Notes: a model not told the origin generated them from the sequence alone. Shown: positions 12,965 through 26,521, counted from the first letter of the whole stretch. The stretch: DNA of 63,475 bases, filler included, from Hausera hauseri (GCA_046269625.1; 12 parts of 12 records of this genome joined end to end with filler, not necessarily neighbours in it), one strand, 5' to 3'. Translations and numbers: made by a program.

Positions 12965-14071
12965 ATAATAATAAAATCAGATGCTAAATATATTTGGAGT
13001 GGATGTAGGCGAAGCTGAGGTGAAACCTCTTCAATTTGTACATGTTGTATAAATATTATTATATTACCTTATAAAAGTGACTGAAAAAAAATAATTCAAA
13101 AATTATTAAAGAAACATTTAATTCAATTTTTGGCACAGTTCCAATTATCCGATCAAAATATTAATACGATATTTGGATTCATAATACTCGAATTGACTAT
13201 AGAGCGAAAAATTGGGTCCAAATTAGAATATAAATTTTTCATCAATAATTTTTTCGAGGGGGGACCATAGGGTAAAAATCAAATTTTTTAAAATTATTAT
13301 TTTAATTTATTACAATTAATTTGAAACATATGTTAAACGATTATCCACATCAAGATCTACACATAGGCAAATAATCAAATTAATATGTACTACAGAATAA
13401 AATTTATGGTTAAAAAACCATTCCAAAAATGACCAAAATCAGATAAATTATCATATATCTGGATCACAAAATTCGATCTCGTTAATTTTTGGATATTTTG
13501 TAGACCTTTTCATCCTCTATCGAATACACCGCGTTGCTAAAGTAAACACAACCGTAACCAAGAGTATCCATGACCCAAATATGTTGACCAAATTTAAAAT
13601 TTCAACTCAATCGGACTTAAGAAATTTTACCAGACGGTAGTTTACCCATCGATTTTTCCCATGTTCCCATGGCCTGACCGAGTTGCCACCGTGTCCTTTG
13701 CAATGGCCAATATCGATTTACCCCTTGTACACATTTTCTGAGTCATAACAACATGCTTCGTGTTACACGTGGAGCGTTTCCTGTTTTGCTTCTTCCTCGT
13801 CTAGCGCCTCTGCATTACATTTCTGTAAGCCGCACCTCCGTTACTTTTTTCTCACCTCATCAGGCTCTATCCATATCATCTGGTCCGAACTAGTTTGATC
13901 GACCTCATTTACTGGGGGTGGTCGTGGGAAAATTTTAGTGAAATGTTCAGAATAGCCAATCAGGTGGGGAAAACTGGTCTGCGGACCAATCGTAGAAGTG
14001 CGGCAGAACACTTCCTTCTACCTACTGAAAATGTATAGGATGAAATGAAGAATCAATTATATTCCTTTGAC

Positions 14072-14226
14072 ATTCAGCACACGAATAGTGATCAGTTATT
14101 TCATCTATTACTGCTATTTGGAATGACTTCTTAAGCAATGAAAATTACCAGCATAAACTGATAGATTCTACGGATCGCCGTGTTCAGCTTATAATTGCAG
14201 CTGATGGTAGTTACACTAAATACTAA
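14072..14226 (+). pseudogene. Tc1/mariner transposase C-terminal remnant
   Basis: AIWNDF...KLIDSTDRRVQLIIAADGSYTKY-stop matches the Tc1 ending LIxSMPRRxxAVIxAxGGxTKY. Confidence 0.75.
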
Positions 14227-14314
14227 ATACAATAAATGTTATTACACCTTGCAAGTTTTGATCTACATTATTATAACACACATTTTTATATGTAATCTTT
14301 GTACACAATTATTG

Positions 14315-14991
14315 TGTTATAAAAAGACGCGGATCGTGAAGAAATATATAAACCTGTAAATAAATTAAAGTAGAAAACAAAAGCGAAACCGAAAGTGAAA
14401 ATTTAAAATATTAAACAGAATTTAATCATTGAAATCAAATAATTCACTGGATTACGCCCACAATTATTTCTCTGAAAATTAGTATTTCGCACGCCGACAA
14501 CTGAAATTAGTGGACAAAAATTGGAAAGAAATTGCTAGAAATTATTATGGAAACTCCTACCCACAATTATTCAGCCTACAACCAGCTATATAAGTGGCTC
14601 GATTTAGTTGAAAGAGTAGTACTTGCAAAAATCGAACGCTCAGAGGAGCCACCAAATTGTTCCGATCGAGACGAATATTTCTAGTTGTTTAAATTTTGTT
14701 CATTGCTGATTACTAACGACTGTATTGTCAAGGTACAGTTAATTTTTGTTGTTGCTCTTTAAGAGGGACTGGAGTAACACAAAGTGTAAAAATCTCACTT
14801 AAAATCTATAGGTAGGACTAGACTTATTTAACCGTGAACAGGATTCACACGCAGTACAGACATTATAAATTAGTGCAAACATTCTAAAGAGAGCGTTAGA
14901 ACTTATCTGCCTATATAAATCTCTATTTAATTTGATTATAATTCATTATTATAATTGGGTGTTGTATAGGGACAACCTTGAACTACTAACA
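14315..14991 (+). mobile_element. 5' LTR of a Ty3/Gypsy element
   Basis: TGTTA...TAACA ends; a PBS follows 2 nt downstream; left boundary less certain. Confidence 0.6.
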
Positions 14992-14993
14992 TT

Positions 14994-15011
14994 TGGCGAC
15001 CATAGCAGAAC
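14994..15011 (+). promoter_or_regulatory. Primer binding site (tRNA-Arg-like)
   Basis: TGGCGACCATAGCAGAAC directly after the LTR end. Confidence 0.7.
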
Positions 15012-15397
15012 AGTTTGCACTTGCTAGACTTTGACTTAGTGAAAGTAACGACATTAGCGATCAGCGCTACCACATCAAATAATTGTTATAGGATTGTTAA
15101 GAAATCAATTTCGGGATTTATAAGAAAACCTCCGTATTTTAACGACATACCATTGAATTCAGAACGAATATGGATAGACAGAAGTCAAACGATAATTTAA
15201 CCTTAGTCCCCAACGGTAAAGAAAATATTAATTTTCGCGAAACGCGCAATAAAGTTTATAGACAGGATAAAACATTTAATAGACGTACGTTATCTGAAAC
15301 GAATTTAGGTGATATTGAACGAACTGATTTAAACGCTGTTGAGCAGCCTATAGAATTTAAAATTCCTAACAAGTGAATCAGAACTCGTACGTTAATT

Positions 15398-16815
15398 ATG
15401 CAAAATTTAATAAACGTTGAAAAGATGGTTAAGAATCAAGCAGTTGCGCAGAAGCTGCATATTTTCACATCTACTCTGAATCTGCCAGCGTACGACGGAG
15501 ATACGCACGGACTTATTGAATTTTTAAGAACCTATAAATTGCACGCAGAATGTGCCGGACTCGCACTTAAAGTAATGATTAAACGTTTGTCATTGCATTT
15601 GAAGAATTTGGCCGCTGATGCCTATAGTGAACTCACTGATGATGAGAAGAAATCTTGGTTCTTCTTGGTAGGAGCCTTAAACCAAAAATTATTACCGACA
15701 GTAACTCTACAATAAAAACTTATGGCTTTCCAGAATAGGATGCAAAAGAAGGGTGAATTGGTAACCCAGTTTGCATTTGCACTGAAACAACTTGCAAACA
15801 GTTATGTGAATACTTTAAAAATAGCCAATATAGCTAAGGCTATAAGCGATGCAGAACGTGAAGCCGCAGAGAATGCAAACCCACCAGATTTAGACATCAT
15901 GATGGTGATGCAGTTAGTATACAGCATCTGGTCTAGAGACATAGGAAAACAGTTGATTTTAGCACAACCAGAAAATTTTGACAAGACTTGGAAATGGCAT
16001 TGGATAGATATGCTAGAATCAACGATAGAAACAATGATTGGAATGATTGTAATGATAGAAACCGGAATGATAATTATGGTAGAGACGATAAGCGATTTAA
16101 CAGAAATTATGGAAATAGAAATCCGAATAGTAATAATGATTGTAGCAGTAATGGGTATGGTAACCGAAATTTTGACAATGACCAAAATAGCTTATCTAGC
16201 AAACCAAATTATGTTACAGATAAACGTTCAGATGGTCCTAGAAGTTTTAACAATGAAAACCCATATAATGATAATCGAAATTATGATATTCGTCAGAATG
16301 GGGATAATAGACAAGTTTCGTCAAACCAAAATTATAATAGAAATTCGAGTAGGTCGAAATCACCTGTAAGTAAAGACGGTCGACAAAGAGTCGGTAGAAA
16401 TGGTAATCTAATTTGTTACACATGTGGACAAGAAGGACCCGTAGCAAGGTTTTGTCCAAATCCACGAAGTGTTTCGTTTGTTGAGCCTAGCAAAACTAAT
16501 GTATTTAAAAATAAAAATTTAGAAACAATCTACAGTATCGGTAAAGATACAAGCATGATTATCGAAATAGAAGATGTACGACGTTTTCTCAAAGGCCAGT
16601 CTGATACTAATGATCCCAATATCTTAATGGCTAGGAATGAGTATGAGCATAAGCTACGATTACTAGAAGTATATCATAGCCTTCGCGAGCAAGAAACTGA
16701 ATATGAATATTCTATAGCCCCACCAAAACTTACCGATATGGTACGGAAAAGAATGTTCCTGCGATTAATAGAGAGCCAGAGAAACCGGAAGAACCCAAAA
16801 CTTCGAATGAAGTAG
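15398..16815 (+). pseudogene. gag: Gypsy gag, disrupted
   Basis: LPAYDG...EFL...LKNLAADAY capsid-like region, RMQKKGELVTQF motif, Asn/Arg-rich linker, zinc knuckle CYTCGQEGPVARFC (His replaced by Pro); stop codon and frameshift. Confidence 0.8.
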
Positions 16816-17994
16816 ACTTAGATGCAGAACCTGAATATACGGTAGAAAAGTAAACAAAACTATAGACATTGATGAAGAAAGGGAATTTGTGGAACCACTA
16901 ATACTTAAAATTACGAAAAACAGAAGCCGTAGCCCATCTTTAAATCGGAAACCTAAAGATCTTTTACGATCTCTGATGACTAAGGGAAAATTAGACGGAG
17001 CGAAAGAGACTGAAAACGCTTTAGAAAATGACACAGAATTCAGTCTGAATACTCCGGAAATTAATGTAGTTACACCTGTTGGAATAGAAGAATTAACAAA
17101 ATCCGTAAATGCAATAAATGATATATGTCCATTACCTACTAGTGAAGAAGAGAGAGGTTTAATCAAAAAGGTGTAAAATTAGACGTTTGTAGAAAAATGT
17201 CGAGAAATTAAAGAGAATGAGAATTAATTGCCTCGACCTGGAAGTATTGCAATAGAATGTAGAGAAACTAAAGGAAATGGGTGAACAAGTGAATTAGCAC
17301 TCAGCCGTAGATGGAAATATCCAGAAAGTGGGCCTACAGTAAAGAAACAACTGGAAGGAAAATGCACGGAACTTGGATATAATACGATGGAAATAGACAT
17401 CTGGACTCAATTTGATGGGTCACACCAAGTGAAGTTAATGAAAGCAAAGCAAGAAACGACGATATTGGAAGAGATATACAAAATTATCGAAGAAACCAGA
17501 TTCACAGAAAAGTGGAATATGACTTGCAATTTCTATCCAAGATTAAGAAACGTTTGCCTAGAAGGAAATCAACATTTTACAGCTAAACCTATTGGTGCGG
17601 TCTCAATTCAGGATCTCAAAACTTTAAATATTTGCCCAGAACATAGAACAGCTATAGAGGAAGCAATTAAATTCCTACTCAAACCACAAGTAGTTGAATA
17701 ATGGCTGATATGGACCAGGGTCTCAAATTAAAAAAATTTTTCATTCGTTCGCCACCACTCACTCATAAAATTTCGTTTTTTTAAATTTTAAAACCCAACC
17801 CATACCAGCCATTATACAACTACTAATAAAATGGTTATATAAAAATGAGTTTAAATCATTCAGATTGTAAATTTTATGAAACAGGTCGTNNNNNNNNNNN
17901 NNNNNNNNNNNNNNNNNNNNNNNNNNNNNNNNNTTAATTAATTAANNNNNNNNNNNNNNNNNNNNNNNNNNNNNNNNNNNNNNNNNNNNTGTGA

Positions 17995-18140
17995 CATTGG
18001 TTGGGATAAAAAATATTCACGAATTCACCCAATCTGGGTAACTACAAATTTCCGATTCACCCAGTCATGGGATACTATATAATCACGGATTCGCCTAATC
18101 GGGGATAAAAAAATAAGTACCGATTCACCCAATCGTGAAA
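17995..18140 (+). repeat. Degenerate ~33-bp tandem repeat
   Basis: ATTCACCCAATC-like core at ~18023, 18055, 18089 and 18123. Confidence 0.75.
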
Positions 18141-18229
18141 CTCATTTTTGTTTAAACGCATCAATTCAAACAAATGGAGGGTGGGCTAGATTTTTGTGCC
18201 AGAACTCCCATTTTTCCACTACTTAAACT

Positions 18230-18715
18230 ATTTAAAAATAGCATTTCCTTTTATCTCATATGTTCTCAACAATAAAACTAGGGGAATTTTTCAAAAAGAC
18301 AGCTTCACAATTATAGCAATTCACAAATCCAGGACACTGAGAAATGAACTGAAATTAAAATTCCAAGAACACTGCAAATGGAAATTGTGCCCAATGGAAG
18401 ACAAACGAATATGACAGAAAGATAATGTAGTGTCCAAAATTGAATGGGATTCTTGTAAAGCTTCTTATATGGAAAGCGCAATAAGAAAACTGCATACTCG
18501 AATTTCACAACACTATAAAAAGATCAACTCATCGGTATATAAACATTTTCACGCACGCATGCGATAAAATGGGAACACAGAATCAAGTTTCCCCATTTCA
18601 ATTTTGGCTTCAAAACAAAACCCAATCGATCTGAGAATTTTAGAAGCAATTCTAATAAAGCGATTGAATCCTGTGATGATCTGCAAAGAAAAAGCCAACC
18701 AGTTGACTTCAATAA
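18230..18715 (+). pseudogene. Penelope-like element GIY-YIG endonuclease remnant
   Basis: DNVVSKIEWDSCKASYMESAIRKLHTRISQH (from 18421) and LRILEAILIKRLNP (from 18631) match the PLE endonuclease pattern. Confidence 0.75.
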
Positions 18716-18814
18716 TTTTTTGAAGAAAATTTAATCAATAAAAAATTCACAAGCTATTACACAAAAGTTCCGTATTTATTATCAGTATTTAATGGGCATT
18801 CCAGAAGAATTTTC

Positions 18815-18862
18815 CAGATATCCTGAAGAAGGCAATGTCTGTCAAAAAACTGGTAAAGAATA
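18815..18862 (+). ncRNA. Degenerate minimal hammerhead ribozyme in the Penelope pseudo-LTR
   Basis: CTGAAGA core, short GGC/GTC stem, then AAAAAAC where GAAAC is expected; lies just 3' of the GIY-YIG remnant. Confidence 0.35.
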
Positions 18863-19364
18863 AAACATTCAGCAGCAAAGGTTTTGACCTCTAATTTTAA
18901 ATCTATTTAGAATGCTGCTACACAAAAATGTCAAAAATTAAATGCCCTAATTCGACTTATCCTCTTATTCAAGATATGCAATCGATAATTAAAAATTAAA
19001 TAGCCAGTAGAAAGTTGAAATTTAGTCGAAGTAACAATAACAAGTGTATGTGACAATTACAACAATGAACAACGGTTCATACCTTGAATTGCTTAACGGT
19101 TCTTTTCATGTCGGCCAAATCGCTGACAGTCACATATTTATCCAACAGTTTGTTCTCACCAATTTTCAAATATTGTTCGTAGTTATTCAAAAGCCGTTTG
19201 TACTGCAAATTACTCTGCCTCGTTTCTTCTAGTTCGATCGATATATCATCCAACTGTAGTGATAACGAATACATCTCATTATCTATTTCTGTTAGTCGTT
19301 TCAAATCGAATTGTCCGAGATCGCTTACATCAAAACTTTTATGCAACAGGTCGGATAATTTGTT

Positions 19365-19785
19365 ACCAAAATCAATAATTTTGACAGATGCACCTCGAAG
19401 AATTCTTACGTTCTTTTTCGTATATTCATTATACTCCATATCATAAACAACACTCACTAATAAAACGTTCTCTGGTTTGAAATCAGTGTGATACAACTTT
19501 AAACTGTATAAAATATTAACAACTTTGCAATTCTGAAAATTCATAAATCTAATGTGACGCATCGGATAACCATCACAATGGTTATTCTTTAAAAAATTAA
19601 ATACGTTTAGACCGAGTAAACGAAAAACAATTGAAATATGTCCATGATAATTGAAAGAATCGAAGGTAAAATTCACTAACTTTTTTCCAGAGGGCAGATT
19701 TCTTTATCAAATCAAGAACTTTAATTTCTAAAATAGCAGTCTTTCTGCACTTTTCAACGGTAACATTTTGTAACATTTTACATAA
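19365..19785 (-). pseudogene. CLK: CLK/LAMMER (Doa-like) kinase fragment, subdomains ~II-VII
   Basis: VEKCRKTAILEIKVL, FNYHGHISIVFRLLGLNVFNFLK, HTDFKPEN, VKIIDFG; frameshifted; similarity stops at DFG. Confidence 0.85.
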
Positions 19786-20339
19786 ACTGTGAGAACTTTC
19801 ATACATTGTACTTTACTGTTATAATTACGCTTATTATTATTATTAATTATCAATTAATAGAAAATTATTTCGGTACACTTTTATTTTAATGTCAGACTGA
19901 TGAAATGATCGATTAGACACATAACGTAACCAGTTACGTGACACACGTGACGCGTGCGCGTAACCCGTGATGCGTGGAGTGGCAGCTCTGTGCTGGAAAT
20001 CCTGATTCATTTCGCCTACTTTTCCTCCTCCTCCTCTTTGACCCGCTTTCCTACTTTTCCCCCAAACACGCGAACCCCATGTTTCCCACATCATTCGAAC
20101 GCCCGTACTCTACACTTTCTCTTATCCATCCATGCTCAAATTTTGCTTCTGGAAAAAGTTCATATTTTTCTTTTGCATTTCCCGGCTTTGTCTTTTGCGA
20201 CATGCAAAAACCGACCGCACCATTCGACTCGCCGTTGTCGAATTGACCAATCAGCATGCGAGCGTTACGTTATTGGTCAGTTGGTGCGTGGGTGGATCCC
20301 CTGTCCTTGTTCCAGACTCATCTTTTTCCCCTTCTAAAA

Positions 20340-23300
20340 TGCCATCTCGAAGGTCCTGTGTAGTACGCGTCAGAAGACATCGGTAAAGTCAAGAAATGGC
20401 CGAAGATGTCTCTCAAAGAGAATATTGGCTCACAAATGCACGTTTGTGAAAAAATCAATTCCAAGCGAAATAAAGTCTAAACCGTTCACAAATGCGACGT
20501 GAAATGTAACAAGTTAGGAGGTCTCGAGCAAGCTCCACAGCTACAGTTTGCTCCGCTTACTCTTATAACGAATGCACCATTACAGAAGTTAATACTGAGC
20601 AGATGGATATCGTTTGTTCATCGTGCGGTGTTCTCCATTTTATCTGCGAGCGAATTTCTCTTTACATCGTGTTGCCAAAAGGGCAAAAGTAATTTAAGGT
20701 CAGTAACAATTGCGCCAAATGATACAAATTTTGAAAGGAAAACGCAAGATCTGCAATTTCGTGATTCCCTTTTAACTGATGAGCACTCTCATGGTGCCAA
20801 TATTCTTAATGAAGTTTGCTCTTGTAATGGTTCCTTAGCATTTGCGTCGATAAACTCCAATCTTGATATGTTTAACTCGCCAGATCCGTACGTCAACCAT
20901 GTACATGGACAAATTTACCATTGCTTAGGCCCAGCTAATGCAGGAATTGGCAAACTCATCAATTTAACCAATTATATTTTCTCAGTACCGATGAAGCCGT
21001 GACGCATCGTCAGCAAACATCTAAAAGCCACTTTACTGCTCCAATTGGAAAATGCAATTCGTCTTTTAAATCCAATTGTCCAAGAATACCAAATGATGAA
21101 AGATGTCATCTAACAGGAGACTTCAACGACATTGAGTGAGAGAAGATCGGAAAGAAAGATCATGCTAATTTTTGATGAAGAAAGTAATTTGAATTTACGT
21201 CGCTACAATGTTCCAACTGCTAAAGAAATTGGAGCTGTTATAGTCGGTAATTCATCGAATGGTTTTCAACTTCAGGATTTGGCCGTTATTCAGTCTCAGG
21301 TGTTTTGTCTCGAATCCCAACTATCAACGGAAATTGTGACCCAATGTGTTATCCAATCCTGTTTCCACTTGGTGATTTAAGCTGGCACTCGAGGCTTCTA
21401 AACAGTACAAGGAGAAAATTTCCCATGATGCAATTCTATTACTATAAGCTTGCGTATCGTGATAGTGTCAATTCTATTCTATACGGAGGAAAATTGTTCC
21501 AGCAATATGACGTTGATGCATATGTCAAAGTTAAAGAAAGAGCGTCTCAATTTTCAGCGCAATAATCAGAAAATTCTTCGAGCTAAAAGTTACCAAGGAC
21601 TCATGTACTATTTAGCCAATACTACTGATGCTACAAATGCACGTATTGGCAGAACAATTATACTCTCTTCTTCAATAACTGGAAGTCCTCGTGCAATGTT
21701 GCAAAAGTATCAAGACGCAATGACAATTTGCAAAAAGTTTGAGAAGCCGGATTTATTTATTACGATGATATGTAATCAGAATTGGTCTGAAATAATCAAT
21801 TAAATATTTCCCGGCCAAACTACCTCAAATCGTCCTGATATAGTTTGCAAAGTTTTCAAAATTAAATTGAACATACTATTGGATGACATTTTGAAGAAAT
21901 CCACATTCGGTAAAGTAGTTGCTTACATTTTGATAATCGAGTTCCAGTAGTGAGGATTGACACGCTGCAACATGCAATTCATTCTTGAGGACGAATTCAG
22001 AATAAGGGATTTTGATATTGTAAACAAAATCTTTGATTGCAATATTCCAAATCTTGCGAAAGAAGTAATCCTGTATGAGCGAATTAGTACTTTCATGGTC
22101 CACGGTCCTTGTGGAATTCTGAATCTATCTGCTGCTGCGTGAGTGAACATGATAATACGCGCTGAAAGAATTTTCCGAAGAAATATCAGGAGGAAACGAT
22201 TCTGAATGAAAATGGTTTTCCAAAGTACAAAAGAGCCTCGAATTCCTTTCCCATTTCACTACGAAATATCGATGTGGACAACAGATGGATTGTCCCTAAC
22301 AACCCACATTTACTTCCCAAGTACAATGCGCATATAAATGTAGAAATTTGCTCTTCGGTTAAAAGTTTCAAGTATCTCTACAAGTTCGTTTTCAAGGGAT
22401 ACGATTGTGAACATCTTCAGGTTGACACAAATCAAAACTCTTAGCAAGTACTTGATCGTGACGAAATACAGCAATTCGTGGATACAAGATACATAAATGC
22501 ACCTGAAGAGTGTTGGAGATTGAATGAGTAACCGATGCATGACAAATCGCATACAATTATACGATTAGCTGTTCATTTGCCGTTTGTGAATGATGTGGTA
22601 TTTCGAAAATGCGAAGAACAGTCCGCAATGGAACGAAATTCCGAGACAACACTAACTGCATGATTTAAATTAAATCAAACTGATACCACAACCAATCAAA
22701 TTATTTATCACGATATTTCACTTCACTATGCTTGGGACCTATGCAGCAAATCATGGAAAAGAAGGATACAAAATCGTACAAACACTATAGGAAGAAAGTA
22801 TAGTGCTAGCCCTCGGGAAATTGAGCGATATTATCTTCGGCTACTCCTCCTTCATTGTCCAGGAGATACAATGGTGGATACAAGAAGGCTTGGTGGAGCG
22901 AGATGACCATTGGAACAACTGTATGCAAGAAGGGGTACAACTTTCGTTGCCAAGGGAATTGCACATTCTGTTTGTGACGATTCTTATTGATGAACAGTCA
23001 ACGAATGCATTGGAACTGTGAACCAATATTTAGGATTTCGCGCGGGACTACCAAGAATCTGTTTCGATTCAAATAGTCCATCAACAAATTGATAGCATTC
23101 TTACTGCATCCAGAATGTCACTAGCTATGGATTACGGCATTATTGGCACTCCTGCAATAACTGATGAAATTACCGACTCGTTTGGTGATTTGACTAGTGT
23201 TAACAATGCTGTAGTCAAGAGCAGGCTGCTAATGTCATTTTGGATGCAATTTATTTGAACGCTTCTAATCGATTATTCTTTATTGATGGGAGGACAAGCA

Positions 23301-24032
23301 CAACATGTCTATATGAAACTTTTTACCATCTTATCAAAGCTCTAGGATTACAAATCATATCATGGACAGGAATTTCATCGCTGCTGCTTCCAAATGGTGT
23401 AATTTTGTATAGTCAATTCAAGTTACCGTTGAAGATTGATGCTAATTCAACCATTGAAGTTCGAGCCGGTTCTAAAGCAGCAACGGAGATTAATTCCGCT
23501 ACAGTAAAGTTTCTGGATGAGGAGTCGATGTGCTCTTCCAAACCTCTTAATGTCATTGATCGTGGACTCCAGTATATACGCAATTCTTCGTTGCCATTTG
23601 GTGGCACGTTTTTTATATTGGGAGGTGACTTTAGCAAATCCTAACTGTGATCAAGAACGGTACTCGAAATGAAATGATTTCATAATGCCTTAAACGTTTT
23701 CCACCCTGGACTCAGTTTAGTATACTTTAATTATCACATAATATGCGTGCGAATTCAAATGAAGTAGCTTTTGTTGATTGGCGTTTAGAAGTGGGAAATG
23801 GAACGAACATTGGTAATAAGCAAAATGTTTCTATTCCATTTGAATGAATTGTGAGAAACTCATTGGTAACAGAGATATTTGGTGATTGAATAATCAAATC
23901 ATTCATAAGCTGCTTGGGTATCTAGTGGTCGGCAAAAGTATTGACCAAATAATTTGAAGATCCAACTGGATATCCAACAGAATTTCTGAATATTCTGTTA
24001 AGCAGTAGATTGTCTCTTCGCGAATTACACCT
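20340..24032 (+). mobile_element. Helitron Rep/PIF1-helicase coding region, decayed
   Basis: RRYNVPT, CDPMCYPILFP, GKLFQQY..DAY, SITGSPRAM...YQDAM, KPDLFIT, MVHGPCG, HINVEIC...KYLYK; helicase FFIDG, DEESM, PFGG...GGDF; many stops and frameshifts. Confidence 0.95.
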
Positions 24033-24132
24033 NNNNNNNNNNNNNNNNNNNNNNNNNNNNNNNNNNNNNNNNNNNNTTAATTAATTAANNNNNNNNNNNN
24101 NNNNNNNNNNNNNNNNNNNNNNNNNNNNNNNN

Positions 24133-24960
24133 TGGTTAAGACGTTGGAATATTGCGTGAAGGTGTTCCTCGTGTTGTTTGGCCGAAGATGAAACGACGAG
24201 AATATCATCGATATAAAGGTGTGGAAATGGTGAATCGGAAAGAATTGAATCAGTGTGCCGCTGAAAAGTTTGTGGGGAATTTCGCAAACCAAATGGCATA
24301 AACAAGTATTCATAGAGGCCAAAAGAAGTAGTGACAGCAGTTTTTTCTGTCTTCCGGTGCCACCGGTATTTGATTGTATGCTTTAGCTAAATCAATAGTT
24401 GAATAGATGGTGGTTGAATTAAGACGATTCAAGATATCCTTGATATGTGGTAAAGGGTACGCATCCAAGAGAGTCATGTTATTCAGCTGTCGGTAGTCAC
24501 CGCATGGTCTAAAGGTACTGTCCTTTTTTGTACAACGTGTAAAGTTGATGACCAAGGAGATTTGGAACGGTGCACTATGCCGGAACGTTCTAACTCACGA
24601 AATTCGGCTTTTACTCCCTGTTTACGACGAGGTGATAGAGGCCGCACTTTTTGGCGTATCGTACGTTGGCGCTGTGTGACTATGTCGTGTAAAGTGCTGT
24701 TTGAGGGAGTAAAAGTATTGTCTTTTTAAGTACGCATGGACACGAGGTGTTGACGAATTGCTGTAAAGTTGTAGGTAAATGTAATAGATTTGGTGGAAGT
24801 GGTGAAACGGATTGAGTAATAGCGGATGCTATGTTTGAGTTGTTTGGTGATGTATAGTCAAGTGGTATTTGGTGTAAGATGGTTATATTGAAAATGGTGT
24901 TGGATGAAGTATTTTCGTCGAATGAGTTAGCGTTGGTGGCAGTAGCACAATTATCGACAT
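24133..24960 (-). pseudogene. pol: Gypsy pol, RT N-terminal part (continues across the contig-end overlap into 30374)
   Basis: RPCGDYRQLN, AYPLP, IDLAKAYNQIP, MPFGLRN, YIDDILV. Confidence 0.92.
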
Positions 24961-24989
24961 CGAACCTTGATCGTATATCAATATTATTA

Positions 24990-25815
24990 TTTAAAAATTT
25001 ACGAATAGAATTATTATTATGGAAATTGGAATTATTTATTAAGATCTTTAAGATTGACCTCCGCATTCCTGTCGAATGCGCGGTAGTCGAAATGCTATTG
25101 ACATATCCAGAAATGTCGGTTCGGGTTCTTTGTCCAAACCAAATCGAAATCCACTTTAAACAGAGTCGAGTCGGTTTCTTCCGAGTCAATGAGACCGGTA
25201 AAAATATTGAAGATGTCATTTTCAACTTGTTTTTTATCCCTTTTAATATTACAATTGAAGTCCGATTGAACTTCTTTATTTTCCGACAATTTCAACAAAA
25301 CCTCCAAAGCCAAATCTGGATAACCAATTTTCAAATAAATATAAGCCGTTCAAAAGAGTCGCCTTTCCATTTTGTTCAGTTTTTGTTGTTTATTAATTTC
25401 TTTCGAGCACTGATGCATTTGCTTTTTAATCAGGGAATGTTTTTTTCAGAAAATTGCAAAACATAAACACAGCGGTTTCATTGAGCATTGATTTGGAAAC
25501 CGTTGATTCGGTAGTACATTTGACACCGATTTCCAGAAGAGTTTCGAATGATTTCATGACCTGCCCCATCATCCAGAAACCCATGCTACAGATAAAGGGA
25601 TCGGGGCTGTTGACAGCATTATACTTAATGATGGACTCATAATGTTTGTCCTCCTTCGATACATGGATATCGTACAATTTTCAATGCTATCTCCTCCTCA
25701 AATTCTTTTTCGTCGCTAAAATAGACCCCATTGGCATTGCCATTTGCGTCCCATTTCATATTTCGCTGCATACTCTGAACTTCCATTGTGTTTGAAAAAT
25801 CAAAGATATTGATAA
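24990..25815 (-). pseudogene. DMXL: DMXL / Rabconnectin-3 alpha gene fragment
   Basis: DPFICSMGFWMMGQVMKSFETLL, VFMFCNFLK, GYPDLALEVLLKL and ILKILI match motifs recalled from DMXL1/2 in the same order; frameshifted. Confidence 0.65.
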
Positions 25816-26521
25816 ACTGATAAAATACAGATAATCAAATCACAGAAACAATGTCAGTAATGTTTCTGTCTGACACCAATTTATTATCTGAACTGTTTGA
25901 TAAATATCCAAATAAATAAAGCACAAATTCTAAAAAATAAGATCAGACAATCTAAAAAGGAAAATGGTTGCTAAAATTGTATTCAAATCAAATTACAAAT
26001 TGTCTCTCAAAACTCATTTAAATTATTTAAACAAGGAGAAAAATTTAGAAGTGTATTGTTCAGTAAACAGAGCATGAATATATAGTACATACTGACACGA
26101 ATACAATTACATAAAGTGGATCTCGAAATCATGTGTGCATAATAATAGGAAATTATTGATGCCTACATAATAAATCTCAAAAAAATGAATACAAGGAGAT
26201 TTTCTGAAATTATACAGTTTTTTATGGACATTTTTATCACGTGATTTTCTGCAACAGTTCTCTTAAAATATTTCACAGCACGAGCTAGAAATAAAAGTCT
26301 TCACTTGACCCGCTAACAATTCCAAATATAAATTTATCTTTTAAAAAACAGAATTTTGTTGATTAACAAAATTCATCAAATAAAAATATGCATCTGAGAT
26401 GAAGAAAAATCGACATAGGAATTTTAAAATCTGCTTTAACATTTGAAAAGTCGAATAATGAAAATATCTGAATTTTCCAAACCTTGATTCGTTTCTCTGG
26501 ATGGTAAAAAATATGAAACCA

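Noticed and set aside
15802-16369. Ile/Met-rich hydrophobic ORFs suggesting membrane proteins
   Set aside because: Off-frame and antisense shadows of the Asn/Arg/Asp-rich gag linker
17995-18140. CRISPR-like repeat-spacer appearance
   Set aside because: Repeats are short and degenerate, spacers are AT-rich and similar to each other, there are no cas genes, and the context is eukaryotic; it is a minisatellite
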